A stretch of DNA of 64,000 nt from an uncultured Methanoregulaceae archaeon (GCA_963841015.1 CAWJAX010000004.1:64001-128000); one strand, 5' to 3'; numbered from the stretch's first letter, positions 1 to 10,037 are shown. Notes: a model not told the origin generated them from the sequence alone. Program-made: numbers and translations.

Positions 1-1
1 T

Positions 2-688
2 ACCGCAAAAGCCCCCGGCGACGACGAACTGAGAAAAATGAAAGGGTTCGTTGACGAAATCCGGCTTCATCCCCCTCATGAATGCTGGAATGACATACTC
101 GATACTGATTACATCCGATCAGCAAAATTGGCACGGGAAATGGGATTTGATATCGGCATCGAAGTACCTGCACTTCCGGGTCTCGAAATGCTCATCCCTG
201 CACTTCCCTGCCTTGACTTCCTCAATATCAATGAACTCGAATGGGGAGAGACTAATGCGTACGAGATGCGGGAGCGGGGGTATGAACTTGCCGATGAACT
301 GCATAATGCAATTGAGGGAGCAAAAGGCTGGGCTGAGGAATTGTGCAGGCACGACAAGGTTCACTGGTGCTCATCTGCGTTCAAGGATTCGGTGCAGCTG
401 CGGGAGCGGTTGAAGCGAATCGCAGAAAATACTGCCCGACCATTTGATGAAATTACACCGGACGGAACTATTGTCTATGGTGTGCTTGAACCTCCACTCC
501 TTCAAAAAAAGAAATGCACTCAGTTCTGTGAGCAGAAATTTGATCCGGGAAGTTTTGAGGATTATAATGACCGGATAGAGATGGCATGGTGGCTGCTTGA
601 AAAAAATATCGATGATCTGCCGGGGAAAAAATACGTTGTGGAACGCTATCCCAACGGGGGTATGGTTGTTGAGGTGACACCGCTATGA
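2..688 (+). CDS. Radical SAM-family protein (archaeal, pyruvate-formate-lyase-activating-like), 5'-partial
   Basis: Frame is open from the window start (TAKAPGDDELRKMKGFVDEIRLHP...). DEIRxHP, GIEVP and FLNINELE motifs match archaeal radical SAM proteins. The CxxxCxxC motif would lie upstream of the window. Confidence 0.7.
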   Translation, partial: TAKAPGDDELRKMKGFVDEIRLHPPHECWNDILDTDYIRSAKLAREMGFDIGIEVPALPGLEMLIPALPCLDFLNINELEWGETNAYEMRERGYELADELHNAIEGAKGWAEELCRHDKVHWCSSAFKDSVQLRERLKRIAENTARPFDEITPDGTIVYGVLEPPLLQKKKCTQFCEQKFDPGSFEDYNDRIEMAWWLLEKNIDDLPGKKYVVERYPNGGMVVEVTPL

Positions 689-1446
689 TCCTGCGGTCGC
701 TGATTGAACCACTCTATGAGAGGTACCTGAAGATGCAGTTCCAGCGTGTGCCCAACCATATAGCCATCATCCAGGATGGTAACCGGCGCTATGCAAAAAA
801 ACTGGGGATCGACACTCCGAAGGGGCACCGTGCGGGAGCCGATAAAACTGAGGAAATGCTTGACTGGGCACATGAACTGGGCATTAAACATATCACATTA
901 TACACGTTCTCCACGGAAAATTTCTCACGAAACAAAGAGGAAGTCGACCATCTCTTTGCCCTGTTCCGTGAAAAGTTCATTTCAGTCCTGAACGACGAGC
1001 GTGTTAAGAGATACAGGATTCGTGTCCAGATGGTGGGAGACCGTTCACTCCTCCCCCCGGAATTAAAGGAAGCCGTGGATGCAGCAGAAGAGGCAACAAA
1101 GGACAATACGGGATTCAATCTCAATATTGCCCTTGCCTACGGGGGAAGAAACGAGATCGTGCTCGCTGCCAGAGAAATACTTGCCGATATCGAGCATAAT
1201 AAGGTCGCGCCCGGGCGGATCGATGCTGCAATGGTGGAAGAACACATTCATGGGGGCAAAGGGATCCCCCCGGTTGACCTTATCATCAGGACAGGAAACG
1301 AGTGCCGCACGTCAAACTTCCTCCCCTGGCTCGCCAACGGCCATGAATCCACAGTCTACTTTTGCGCCCCATACTGGCCCCTTTTCAGGAAAATCGACCT
1401 CATGCGTGCAATCCGCATCTACGACCAGCGCATGTCGGCGGGTTAG
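685..1446 (+). CDS. uppS: cis-prenyltransferase (polyprenyl/undecaprenyl diphosphate synthase), catalytic-type subunit
   Basis: HIAIIQDGNRRYA, YTFSTENFSR, YGGRNEI, DLIIRTG and RTSNFLPW motifs; ATGA overlap with the upstream gene. Confidence 0.93.
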   Translation: MILRSLIEPLYERYLKMQFQRVPNHIAIIQDGNRRYAKKLGIDTPKGHRAGADKTEEMLDWAHELGIKHITLYTFSTENFSRNKEEVDHLFALFREKFISVLNDERVKRYRIRVQMVGDRSLLPPELKEAVDAAEEATKDNTGFNLNIALAYGGRNEIVLAAREILADIEHNKVAPGRIDAAMVEEHIHGGKGIPPVDLIIRTGNECRTSNFLPWLANGHESTVYFCAPYWPLFRKIDLMRAIRIYDQRMSAG

Positions 1447-1508
1447 CGTTTCTCTGGCAGGAAAAGATCGCGTACTATATTTCTCCCGGGGACAGATCAA
1501 CAGTAAGG

Positions 1509-2195
1509 ATGGCAGGAAAAAAAGAGAGCAGCACCCCGTGGCGTCAGATATCGATTGTGATCAGGGCTGATATCCTTGAGCAGGCCCGCCAGAAAAAAAT
1601 CGATGTCAGCGAGGCGTGTAACAGGACTCTTGCGGAGAGGCTGGGAATCGACTTCCGCCAGCAGAAGATTCCGGACGGAATCGTGTTGGAACCGGTAATC
1701 ATCGCAGCAAACGGAAAACCTGTATTGCCAGATCCTGTATCTCCTGAACCTGGAGTTTTGGCGGTCCCGGCAATCATCAACGCCGATGATCCCAAGGCGG
1801 CAAAAGCGTTGAAGTCACAGCATCCCCCCAAAGGAAAACCTGCACGGGACGCACTGGCACCTGCCCCTCTGCCGCCTCCTGCTCCGGAAAAAGAGATAGT
1901 ACCCCTCCGTGCACCCGCTTTGACGACAGGAAAAGCAAAAAATCCTGCACCCAGGAAGAAGAAGGATGATGCTGTGAAAAAGTTCTTCACTTCGATGATC
2001 CTCCGTGAAGATACCGAAGCTGCACATCTGGTAAAAGACGATATGTACTATTCGTTCGAACGCTGGTGCCGGGATCACCGCGTACTTCCGGTCCCTGATA
2101 AAAAATCTTTTTCTGTCACCTTAAAAAACCAGTTCGCTGTGAAGGAAAAGATGGTAAATGGGACCCCAACGTGGATTGGCATCAGGTTAAAGTAA
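1509..2195 (+). CDS. Hypothetical DNA-binding protein: CcdA/RHH-like N-terminus, Pro/Lys-rich linker, primase-C/RFX-like winged-helix C-terminus
   Basis: ORF 1362..2195 with likely ATG at 1509 (MAGKKESS). Contains ISIVIRADILEQARQKKIDVSEACNRTL and DMYYSFERWC...KKSFSVTLK...NGTPTWIGIRLK segments. Confidence 0.6.
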   Translation: MAGKKESSTPWRQISIVIRADILEQARQKKIDVSEACNRTLAERLGIDFRQQKIPDGIVLEPVIIAANGKPVLPDPVSPEPGVLAVPAIINADDPKAAKALKSQHPPKGKPARDALAPAPLPPPAPEKEIVPLRAPALTTGKAKNPAPRKKKDDAVKKFFTSMILREDTEAAHLVKDDMYYSFERWCRDHRVLPVPDKKSFSVTLKNQFAVKEKMVNGTPTWIGIRLK

Positions 2196-2268
2196 AATTT
2201 TAATTTTCGTGAGGTGTAATGAAATGAGCGACCAGAAAAAAACAGGGTTCTCCCCCAAAATTAAACAC

Positions 2269-2898
2269 TCACTTCCCAAACCTGCGTATCCGTGACTGGT
2301 AATCCCGGAGAACCCGTAAGAAATCTACCTTCCTCAGGTATTTCCAGTTTACATCCGAAAAGAACAGCTCAGAATAAACCGACTGCCATATGAGGAAATC
2401 TGTCAGGTGGTCCCCACCGCTCTTGACAACAACATCAGGAGTGTACTTAAAGGTCAGGTAGGATTCAAGCATCTTCTCGTCCACATCTGACGGGTGAACG
2501 TGGTCCTCCGCCATCTTCCGTATACAATCGGTGATCTCCTCCTTCCCGCTTTTCCCGATCGCGATAACAACATCCATTCCACTGCCGGCAATCTCTTCCT
2601 TGTCCCTGATGTGGAGAACAAGACGGGCAATAGTGCTGATCTTCCGGATCTCAGGGAGGTATGCTTCCATCGCCGAGGGGTCGGAAGTGCTGATGTGGAA
2701 GGTTAAACCGCGGATGATAGTCTTTCCTGAAGGATGGGATTTTTCCACGTAGTTTGATATCTCGCTGCTCCATGACGTGATATTAACCAGGTTGGCGGGT
2801 GCATCCGCCATATCCTGCCCGCTGATCATGAAGCAGACATGCCCCGGCAACTCAGTAATCTGCCGTTTGAGCAAATATTCATAGAGCCAGTAAATCAT
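2269..2898 (-). CDS. cis-prenyltransferase-like protein (Nus1/NgBR-like, degenerate N-terminal catalytic motif)
   Basis: PDVVVKSGGDHLTDFLIWQSVYSELFF and C-terminal RRFGK (RxG). DGNRR is replaced by HVCFMISGQD. Confidence 0.82.
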   Translation of the reverse strand: MIYWLYEYLLKRQITELPGHVCFMISGQDMADAPANLVNITSWSSEISNYVEKSHPSGKTIIRGLTFHISTSDPSAMEAYLPEIRKISTIARLVLHIRDKEEIAGSGMDVVIAIGKSGKEEITDCIRKMAEDHVHPSDVDEKMLESYLTFKYTPDVVVKSGGDHLTDFLIWQSVYSELFFSDVNWKYLRKVDFLRVLRDYQSRIRRFGK

Positions 2899-3052
2899 CA
2901 GTACCCCAGAAACACCCGTAAAAATTATTCTATTATTTTTTATCTTTTGATTTGTTTATACCTTATAGTATTGCAACGATTTCCCTGATAGTGCAACCCT
3001 GATCCAAATCAATAAAGTCGTCAGGAGACTAAAACTAGTCAAGAGTACTCCT

Positions 3053-3727
3053 ATGCTGCCCTCCCTGCGGGAAGATTACCTGGAAGCCATCCAGCAGTTC
3101 TCAGAAAAAAATGCTCATTCCCCTCGCTACGCAGAGCTGGCGGTAATCCTTGGTAAACCCGAATCAGTGGTGAGTTCTGATATGAAAGACCTTGTTTCCA
3201 GCGGGGATGTCTCCATTATACGGGGGGAGGTGATAGAGCTCACCGGGCAGGGAAGACAAACCGGGGAAAGTGTCATAAAAAAACATGAGACACTCCAGTG
3301 TTTTTTGTCAGAGATTCTCGGTATGGATACCAGCTCTGCATCAGATGAGGCATGCACTCTTGAACATGCCGTATCTGATGAAACTATTGACCGTTTAGGC
3401 CAGTTAATTGTAAAACGGGATGGCCTGCGGCACTATGGGCGGGGAAGACACGGCAGGCAGATGAGTACCACCCAATACACCGAGAAGGATTATGACTGTC
3501 AATGTCCCAGCATTTCTGATTGTGCAGAGGGGGAAAACGTCATCATCCACTGTATTCATGGCAGGGCATGTGCAAAACGTCTCCTTGATCTTGGCATGGT
3601 ACCCGGGGAGCGTGCCTCAATTAAACGAAAATTATCCAATGGTGCTCTTGTTGTTCAGGTGAAAGGATGTGATGTCGCTCTGAGCCCCGAGATCGCTTCT
3701 GCAATCGGTGTGGAACGCTCATCATGA
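3053..3727 (+). CDS. DtxR/IdeR/MntR-family metal-dependent regulator with C-terminal FeoA domain
   Basis: REDYLEAI, KHETLQCFL and EACTLEH motifs; C-terminal RLLDLGMVPG...VALSPEIA is FeoA-like; directly upstream of feoB. Confidence 0.88.
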   Translation: MLPSLREDYLEAIQQFSEKNAHSPRYAELAVILGKPESVVSSDMKDLVSSGDVSIIRGEVIELTGQGRQTGESVIKKHETLQCFLSEILGMDTSSASDEACTLEHAVSDETIDRLGQLIVKRDGLRHYGRGRHGRQMSTTQYTEKDYDCQCPSISDCAEGENVIIHCIHGRACAKRLLDLGMVPGERASIKRKLSNGALVVQVKGCDVALSPEIASAIGVERSS

Positions 3728-5574
3728 AGATCGCACTTCTGGGCAATCCCGGTGCAGGAAAATCCCTCATTTTCAACCAGCTCACCGGCCTTGGTATTGA
3801 AGTGAACCGCTATCCCGGATCCTCCGTTTGCCTGGAATGCGGGAATGTCTGTTATAAAAAAGAGAAGATCGAGATAGTTGACCTGCCCGGAATTTATTCC
3901 CTTGACGGGATCTCCGAAGAAGAAATACTGGTGCGGAAATTCCTTGAACAGGGGGGAGCAGATGTCATTGTCGCAGTTCTCGATGCCACAAAACTCGAGC
4001 GAAATCTCTACCTCTTCACCCAGGTGACTGAATTCTCACCAAAACTCATTGCCGTAGTCAACATGATTGACGAAGCAGAACGGCAGGGACTCATCATCGA
4101 TGTTGGTCAGCTTTCATCTCTTCTTGGAGTCACGGTTATTCTTACTGCTGCGTCTGAAGGAAGAGAGATTGACCGTATTCTTCCTCTTGCACTGGGTTCT
4201 GCAAGAGTTGCAACCCTGCAGGTGCCCTACGACCACCATATTGAGGCAGCACTCAACAGCCTCGAAAAAACTCTGGGAGCTCCCCGGTACAAGAGCCTGC
4301 TGGCCCTGCAGGGTACCGGAGATGAGAGGATACTGCTCGATGCTGCAGGAGCTGTCGCTCACGAGATCGAACTGCGCCACAGGATGTCGGTCCGCCAGAT
4401 CATTGCAACGAACCGCCATAATTTGTCCCGGAAGATTGCAGCTGCAGCAGTCAGGCAGGGAGATCGGAAAAAAACCTATGATCTGGACAGTCTCCTCACA
4501 AGGGTAATTCCCGGAGTCCCTATCCTTATAGCCATCCTCTTTTTTCTGCTCCTGTCCGTCTTTGTCATCGGTTCATGGATGCAGGAGCTGATCGTCCAGA
4601 CATTTACCACCTACATCATCCTGCCGTTTACCGCGTTGGAATTGCCGCCTTTAGCGGAGAGAATAGGATTTTCTGTCCTGATTGCACTGGAAGCCGGTTT
4701 CGGTATCGCATTCCCGTTCATCCTGACGTTTTATATCGGACTCTCACTGCTTGAAGATACGGGATACATGACCCGTGCTGCATTCCTTGCGGATCGTGCA
4801 ATGCACCGGCTCGGCCTTCACGGTGAGGCGATCATCCCCATGGTGATAGGGTTTGGATGCACGGTGCCTGCAGTTATGAGTTTGCGCATCTTAAAAACAC
4901 GCCGTGAACAGACCATCGCGGCATTTCTTATCAGCATGGTCCCCTGCTCTGCCAGGACGGTGGTAATTGCAGGTATTGTTGCTGCTTTTGTCGGGATTTT
5001 CTGGGCGTTTTCCATTTATGCTATCGTGTTTATTCTCATTATTCTCACAGCAGTCATACTGAGCCGCATCACCCCAGGAGAGCAGTTTGGCATGATCGTT
5101 GAGATGTCTGCCCTCCGCAGGCCCCAGGCTCGTCTGGTGCTGGCAAAATCCTGGCTCCGGATCAAAGAGTTCCTCTTCATAGCAATGCCGCTGTTGATCA
5201 TCACCAGTATAGGACTCGGGCTTCTCCAGTATTATGGTGTGACCGACGCCTTCGAGCAGCTGCTTGCTCCTGTAACGGTCACCCTTCTCGGGTTGCCTGA
5301 GTATGCATCAACAGCGCTGTTATTCGGCATCTTCAGAAAAGAACTCGCTTTTGAGACGCTCGCAGTCCTGTCCGGTACTGCTGACCTTGGTTCGGTGATG
5401 ACCGCTGGACAGCTCTATACCTTTGCTATCGTCAGTGTCCTTTTCATTCCCTGCATTTCCACGATTGCCGTTCTGTATCGCCAGCTGGGAGCACGAGTTG
5501 CCATTCTTATATCGGTGTATTCGGTTTTTCTGGGTTTAACAGTAGGAGCGATTATCAACATGCTGGTAAAATGA
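3724..5574 (+). CDS. feoB: Ferrous iron transporter B
   Basis: G-domain (GNPGAGKS, DLPGIYSL, NMID) plus gate motifs (LEDTGYMTRAAF, GFGCTVPA, VPCSAR, FIPCIST). Confidence 0.93.
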   Translation: MKIALLGNPGAGKSLIFNQLTGLGIEVNRYPGSSVCLECGNVCYKKEKIEIVDLPGIYSLDGISEEEILVRKFLEQGGADVIVAVLDATKLERNLYLFTQVTEFSPKLIAVVNMIDEAERQGLIIDVGQLSSLLGVTVILTAASEGREIDRILPLALGSARVATLQVPYDHHIEAALNSLEKTLGAPRYKSLLALQGTGDERILLDAAGAVAHEIELRHRMSVRQIIATNRHNLSRKIAAAAVRQGDRKKTYDLDSLLTRVIPGVPILIAILFFLLLSVFVIGSWMQELIVQTFTTYIILPFTALELPPLAERIGFSVLIALEAGFGIAFPFILTFYIGLSLLEDTGYMTRAAFLADRAMHRLGLHGEAIIPMVIGFGCTVPAVMSLRILKTRREQTIAAFLISMVPCSARTVVIAGIVAAFVGIFWAFSIYAIVFILIILTAVILSRITPGEQFGMIVEMSALRRPQARLVLAKSWLRIKEFLFIAMPLLIITSIGLGLLQYYGVTDAFEQLLAPVTVTLLGLPEYASTALLFGIFRKELAFETLAVLSGTADLGSVMTAGQLYTFAIVSVLFIPCISTIAVLYRQLGARVAILISVYSVFLGLTVGAIINMLVK

Positions 5575-5730
5575 TCACCCGGTACATGTCATGGAATACA
5601 GCAGAAATGAAATCTATTGATCAGTTTACAACAGGTTTAAAAAAGGGGGGACCGGGGTAATGTTTTTATTAACCATATATCCTGCAGAGGGGGATGATTC
5701 ACCGGTCTGCCGGGGAGGGGGTGTGAAACG

Positions 5731-6480
5731 ATGCTGACATTTATCGGACTCGGGCTCTATGACAAAACTGATGTTTCAGAAAAAGGGCTCGCCAGTATCC
5801 GCAACGCTGACCACATCTTCCTTGAAACCTACACTTCACGGCTCATGGGCACATCATATGAAGAGCTCGCGGCATATTATGGAAAGCCTGTGCGCCTCCT
5901 CGGCCGTGAAGATGTAGAACAGCACCCCGACGAACTCCTGAACACAGCTGCGAGCCAGAACGTAGTATTTCTCTGTGCAGGAGATCCGATGATCTCCACA
6001 ACCCACGCAGATCTGCGGATGCGTGCCGCTTCACGGGGGATTAAGACTACAATCATTCATGCAGCATCCATCTCAAGTGCAGTCTGCGGTCTTTCCGGGC
6101 TCCAGAACTACCGGTTCGGGAAGTCCTGTTCAGTGCCCTTCCCGCAGAAAAACTGGTCCCCTACATCATCCATCGATGTCATCGCGCAGAACCTGTCTCT
6201 GCAATTGCACACGCTTGTGTATCTTGACATCCAGGATACAAGGTTCATGACAGTCCCTGAGGCAATCCTCCTTCTTGAAAGAATGGCAGAAGAAAAAAAA
6301 ATTCACCTGCCTCTCTATGTCGGTATTGCACGGGCAGGCTCGGATAATCCCCTGGTAAGAGCCGGGCCTGCAGCTGCCCTGAAACCGGTGAATTTCGGTC
6401 CACCACTTCATATCCTGATTGTCCCTGCTGACCTCCATGAAATGGAACGCGCTTACCTGGAGATGTTTGCTGGTTTATGA
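5731..6480 (+). CDS. dph5: Diphthine synthase
   Basis: [41 protein letters not shown] and FGPPLH motifs. Confidence 0.95.
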   Translation: MLTFIGLGLYDKTDVSEKGLASIRNADHIFLETYTSRLMGTSYEELAAYYGKPVRLLGREDVEQHPDELLNTAASQNVVFLCAGDPMISTTHADLRMRAASRGIKTTIIHAASISSAVCGLSGLQNYRFGKSCSVPFPQKNWSPTSSIDVIAQNLSLQLHTLVYLDIQDTRFMTVPEAILLLERMAEEKKIHLPLYVGIARAGSDNPLVRAGPAAALKPVNFGPPLHILIVPADLHEMERAYLEMFAGL

Positions 6481-7052
6481 AGATTACCGATTGCCAAATC
6501 CTGCTGACAACAACGCTCTCCAGGACAAAAAACTCAGCACCCGAGAGTACCCATTTCAACAAAACTGCAGCAATAGTCCTTGAAATGGCGGGTGCCTATG
6601 AAAGTGACGGGATCTCATTTTTTGCGTCCGGCGATCCCGTCAATGCGCTCGCAGGTTTTTATTACGGGTCTGGCTGGCTGCATTTTGGCTTGACATCCGG
6701 ACTGCTTGCGATCTCAACCTCTCCCGGGTGTCCTTTTTTGGAACAGCAGGAGGAACTCCAGCCACAGTTCAGGAAGAGACTTGAGGAGAAAGCGTATCGC
6801 TATGCACGTCTGCTGGATACTGCCCTGTCGTCAGTGAAATATGCCCCGGATCCTGCTACGATTAGTCATGGTTTCGCTGAGCGTATTCACTCTGTGGCTG
6901 TAGTGTATGCCAGACGTGGGAATTACTTCCTGAAATCCGGCTCTTTGGAAGATGCCCTTGCAAGTTTCAGTTATGGACATGGATGGCTTGATGCCGGGGT
7001 TACCGCAGGATTCTTCCACATACTGGCAGAGCGGGATCTCTTCACTGTCTAA
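6477..7052 (+). CDS. DUF357-domain protein (tandem duplicated domain)
   Basis: Two copies of the AYxxDG..F...GD..NALA...YGxGWLD-type motif; coupled to dph5 as in other archaea. Confidence 0.8.
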   Translation: MKITDCQILLTTTLSRTKNSAPESTHFNKTAAIVLEMAGAYESDGISFFASGDPVNALAGFYYGSGWLHFGLTSGLLAISTSPGCPFLEQQEELQPQFRKRLEEKAYRYARLLDTALSSVKYAPDPATISHGFAERIHSVAVVYARRGNYFLKSGSLEDALASFSYGHGWLDAGVTAGFFHILAERDLFTV

Positions 7053-7112
7053 ATGTGATGACTGACACGCTCCTGGCATCAGTCCCGCTGTCCGGACACA
7101 GATTCAAGTCAT

Positions 7113-7127
7113 AAAAGCGTTTATACT
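7113..7127 (+). promoter_or_regulatory. Putative archaeal BRE-TATA promoter
   Basis: AAAAGCG-TTTATAC about 70 nt upstream of the ATG at 7194. Confidence 0.4.
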
Positions 7128-7193
7128 ATGTCTTAATAATCTGTAAAGATACCACGACCAAAAAATTGTGCTCTGTCTGACGAGGGAAAAACC

Positions 7194-8213
7194 ATGGAAA
7201 AGTCACAGGTAAAATGGCTCTACATTTCAATCGGGTTTTCCCTGCTTGTTTTAGTAATCATCCTGTTCCTCACCATCAATGAAAATACAATCCTGATTCT
7301 GAGGGAGATCAATCCAGTCTTCCTTCTTCTCGCATTCCTTGCCCATATACTTACGATGTGCTTCTGGGCATGGCGCATCCAGAAGATGTCCGGCTCGCTG
7401 GGATATCGTATCGGTTTTTTCTACAGCCTGAACCTTGTTTTTGCCAACCTGCTTATGGCAGCCATAACTCCCTCACAGGCGGGAGGAGAGCCGGTGAGAA
7501 TTCACGAACTCTACAGGGCTAACGTGCCACTTGGAGATGCAACTGCAATTGTAATCATGGAGAGGGTGCTGGATGGCATCGTTCTTGCCCTGCTTGCAGC
7601 TTTTGCGATGATTGTCCTTGCTGATCAGTGGAAAAGCCTGGGTGTAATCTCGCAGCTCATGGTTTTTATAACCTGGATCTTTGTAATAGGATGCCTGCTT
7701 CTCTTTTACCTTTCAACAAGGCGGCCGGACAAGGTAAAAAAGGTCGTCCACCGTATTGCTCGTTTCTTCACCCGTACCTGGGAGAGCCCCCGGGTGGAGG
7801 TATTCGTCGCGCGGACTGACAAGGAGATTGATAATTTCAATGAGGCAGTCATCAAGTTTGTGAAAAGTGCCAAAGGTGGACTTTTATGGGGATTTCTGTT
7901 TACCCTGCTCTACTGGATCTCAGAGATTTTAATTGCTTCTCTTATCCTCCTCGGGCTTGGGCAGCCACCGCTCATTCTTGAATCTTTTGTGATTCAGCTT
8001 GTTCTCACAATCCTGATGATGATCCCGCTCACTCCCGGCGCTTCCGGTATAGCTGAAGTGGGAGCCACATCGATGTATGCGCTGTTTATTCCCTCATCGA
8101 TAGTCGGGATATTCGTTGTCATCTGGCGGACGGTTCTCTTTTACTTTAATATTGCACTCGGAATTCTCTCAAGTTTCCTTATTGTGCGTCGTGAAGTAAA
8201 ATCCAAGAAATGA
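7194..8213 (+). CDS. Flippase-like membrane protein (UPF0104 / lysylphosphatidylglycerol-synthase TM family)
   Basis: ITPSQAGGEP, ERVLD, TPGASGIAE and WR motifs; multiple TM segments. Confidence 0.85.
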   Translation: MEKSQVKWLYISIGFSLLVLVIILFLTINENTILILREINPVFLLLAFLAHILTMCFWAWRIQKMSGSLGYRIGFFYSLNLVFANLLMAAITPSQAGGEPVRIHELYRANVPLGDATAIVIMERVLDGIVLALLAAFAMIVLADQWKSLGVISQLMVFITWIFVIGCLLLFYLSTRRPDKVKKVVHRIARFFTRTWESPRVEVFVARTDKEIDNFNEAVIKFVKSAKGGLLWGFLFTLLYWISEILIASLILLGLGQPPLILESFVIQLVLTILMMIPLTPGASGIAEVGATSMYALFIPSSIVGIFVVIWRTVLFYFNIALGILSSFLIVRREVKSKK

Positions 8214-8272
8214 CGCATTTTTTTCCTGACCTTAACTCTTATCACTCATGACAGCAACCATTGTGAACAGAT

Positions 8273-8725
8273 ATGACGCAAATAAGGTGCGAAGTAAAAG
8301 GTGTCTTTGTCACCATGAATGATGCTACAACAGTCCCCCTTGTAGTACTGTCTGACGGGGGTGAACAAAGTCTTCCGATATTTATCGGGCTCTGGGAAGC
8401 AGTTTCCATCAATAGTGCGAAAAACAAAGAGGTTCTGTCAAGACCATTCACTCACGATCTTTTTTTGGATCTGATTGTAAAATTTTCCATATCTGTCCAT
8501 TATCTGCAGATTGACAGCATTGAGGATGGGGTTTATTATGCCCAGCTTGTGCTCTCGGCAGATCATCACAAGGAGTATCTTGACTGTCGTCCCAGCGATG
8601 GCATCGCCCTTGCGCTCCGGGCAGATGTTCCAATATTTGTTGATGAAAACGTACTTGCGTCAGCTGGCCAGAAAACGGCGGATCTCCCCCCCATGATTGA
8701 CCTGGCCACATTTTTAAGAAAATAA
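8273..8725 (+). CDS. Bifunctional nuclease family protein (DUF151)
   Basis: LPIFIGLWEA, RPFTHDL and DCRPSDGIALALR motifs. Confidence 0.92.
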   Translation: MTQIRCEVKGVFVTMNDATTVPLVVLSDGGEQSLPIFIGLWEAVSINSAKNKEVLSRPFTHDLFLDLIVKFSISVHYLQIDSIEDGVYYAQLVLSADHHKEYLDCRPSDGIALALRADVPIFVDENVLASAGQKTADLPPMIDLATFLRK

Positions 8726-8800
8726 TTACGAGCCATTTTCGATCCTGGGGAACCACCAATCATTCGATCCGGTTCACCCTTTTACTAGGTAATTTTTACG

Positions 8801-8910
8801 AGGGGCTTCCAGCTCAGGACCTGTCCGAGTCACGGCGGGCAGAGGTTTTTTTTGAATGGTTTGTTACTGATCCGCCGCGGGGGCAACCCTTCGGGGCGGG
8901 GGCAATTATC
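8801..8910 (+). repeat. Intergenic repeat family 3, copy 1 (twin-hairpin element)
   Basis: CGAGTCACGGCGGGCAGAG-T-tract-GTTACTGATCCGCCGCGGGGGCAACCCTTCGGGGCGG; similar to 57471-57588 (-) and 63251-63367 (+). Boundaries are approximate. Confidence 0.7.
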
Positions 8911-8960
8911 GTACAGGGAAGAGTGAAAAAAAATATCGTATCATAGCTGAATAGTTCAAT

Positions 8961-9162
8961 TTTCATGGGAAACGCTCAAGCTAAACGCTCAAGGGGGTTT
9001 CACCCCCGCCGCTGTGGCTCCCCCGATGCGATAAATCCCGAACAGGTGCTACCTCATCATCGCTCAGCGCAGGGGCGGCATGGGAGGACAGGCTCATGTC
9101 CCCTCCTTCATTCATACCAGCATCTTAAATTTCATATCCATGGAAAAGGAATTACCATGAAA
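8961..9162 (+). mobile_element. MITE-like repeat family 1, copy A (variant ends TTTCATGG...CCATGAAA)
   Basis: About 200-bp core (GGGGGTTTCACCCCCGCCGCTGTGGCTCCCCCGATGCGATAA...CATCTTAAATTTCATATCCATGGAAAAGGAATT) shared with the copies at 20.5, 26.0, 26.9 and 62.9 kb. Confidence 0.8.
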
Positions 9163-9294
9163 GACCCACGATTATTCATCATGTTTGCCTGAGTCCGTGA
9201 CTCATGCTCGTTTCTACAGAGCAAAAATTTTCGTTGATCCGCAACAGAGACCCCCCCTCAGGGGTTATGTAAAAAAAAATAAATTCTGCACTTC

Positions 9295-9600
9295 CTATTT
9301 CCGGCGCCGTGCAAGTTCCTGCATCACATCGGCAAGGTCTATGTCAGCTGCCCGCAACGCAACCAGAAGGTGAAAGATAAGATCAGACGCTTCCTCGATA
9401 GTACGCTCCTGCACACCATTTTTTACGGCTATAATAAATTCTGTTGATTCTTCGCCGACCTTTTCGAGCACCTTATCGATTCCCTTATCATCCGTGAGCA
9501 GGCGGCTTGTATAGGATTCCGGTGAGGGGGTTTTTGCCCTTTCTGCAATAACTGACCAGATTGTTGCGATAACCGCAGGATCAACCGTACTTTTCATCAT
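9295..9600 (-). CDS. hisE: Phosphoribosyl-ATP pyrophosphohydrolase
   Basis: SYTSRLL, KVGEESTE and EASDLIFHLLV motifs. Confidence 0.95.
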   Translation of the reverse strand: MMKSTVDPAVIATIWSVIAERAKTPSPESYTSRLLTDDKGIDKVLEKVGEESTEFIIAVKNGVQERTIEEASDLIFHLLVALRAADIDLADVMQELARRRK

Positions 9601-10037
9601 TCCTCCTGTTCAAGGAGAACTTCCCCGACATCAAGCCCAAAGAATCTCCTTGAAAGGATACGCGCTTTTTCTATATTGCATCCAGCCTTTCCGATAGCGA
9701 TACCGAGGTCACTTCTCTGCTTCACAAACACATTCAATGGACCGTTTTCTGCATTCCGTTCAATACTCACCACTTCAGCGGGTTTGAAGATGTTGATAAT
9801 AAATTCCTCCGGTGTCTCCGCGTACTCCACCATCTCGATCCGCTTGCCAAGCACACTCTGAAGACGTTTGATATTATCCCCTTTTTTTCCAATCGCAAGA
9901 CCCATATCACCCTTGCGGATCACGTAGATCACCCGGTCAAAACGATCATCGATCACGCAGTCGAAGGCAGTGGATTTTGTCAGAATTCTTAATTCCTCAA
10001 TGTACCTTCGCTCTTTAAAGCCGATATTGCGTTCCAT
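9597..10037 (-). CDS. nusA: Archaeal NusA-like KH-domain protein
   Basis: Two KH motifs (GLAIGKKGDNI, GIAIGKAGCNI). Confidence 0.9.
   Translation of the reverse strand: MERNIGFKERRYIEELRILTKSTAFDCVIDDRFDRVIYVIRKGDMGLAIGKKGDNIKRLQSVLGKRIEMVEYAETPEEFIINIFKPAEVVSIERNAENGPLNVFVKQRSDLGIAIGKAGCNIEKARILSRRFFGLDVGEVLLEQEE

Noticed and set aside
2971-2996. TTGCA-N16-TGCAA inverted repeat upstream of the DtxR-like gene as an operator
   Set aside because: The arms are only 5 bp and do not resemble a known DtxR box; not distinguishable from chance.
8965-9192. Short ORFs sharing the peptide GFHPRRCGSP (also 26072-26266 and 62906-63097)
   Set aside because: They are translations of the family-1 repeat. 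Starts, stops and frames differ between copies, so this is not a conserved protein.
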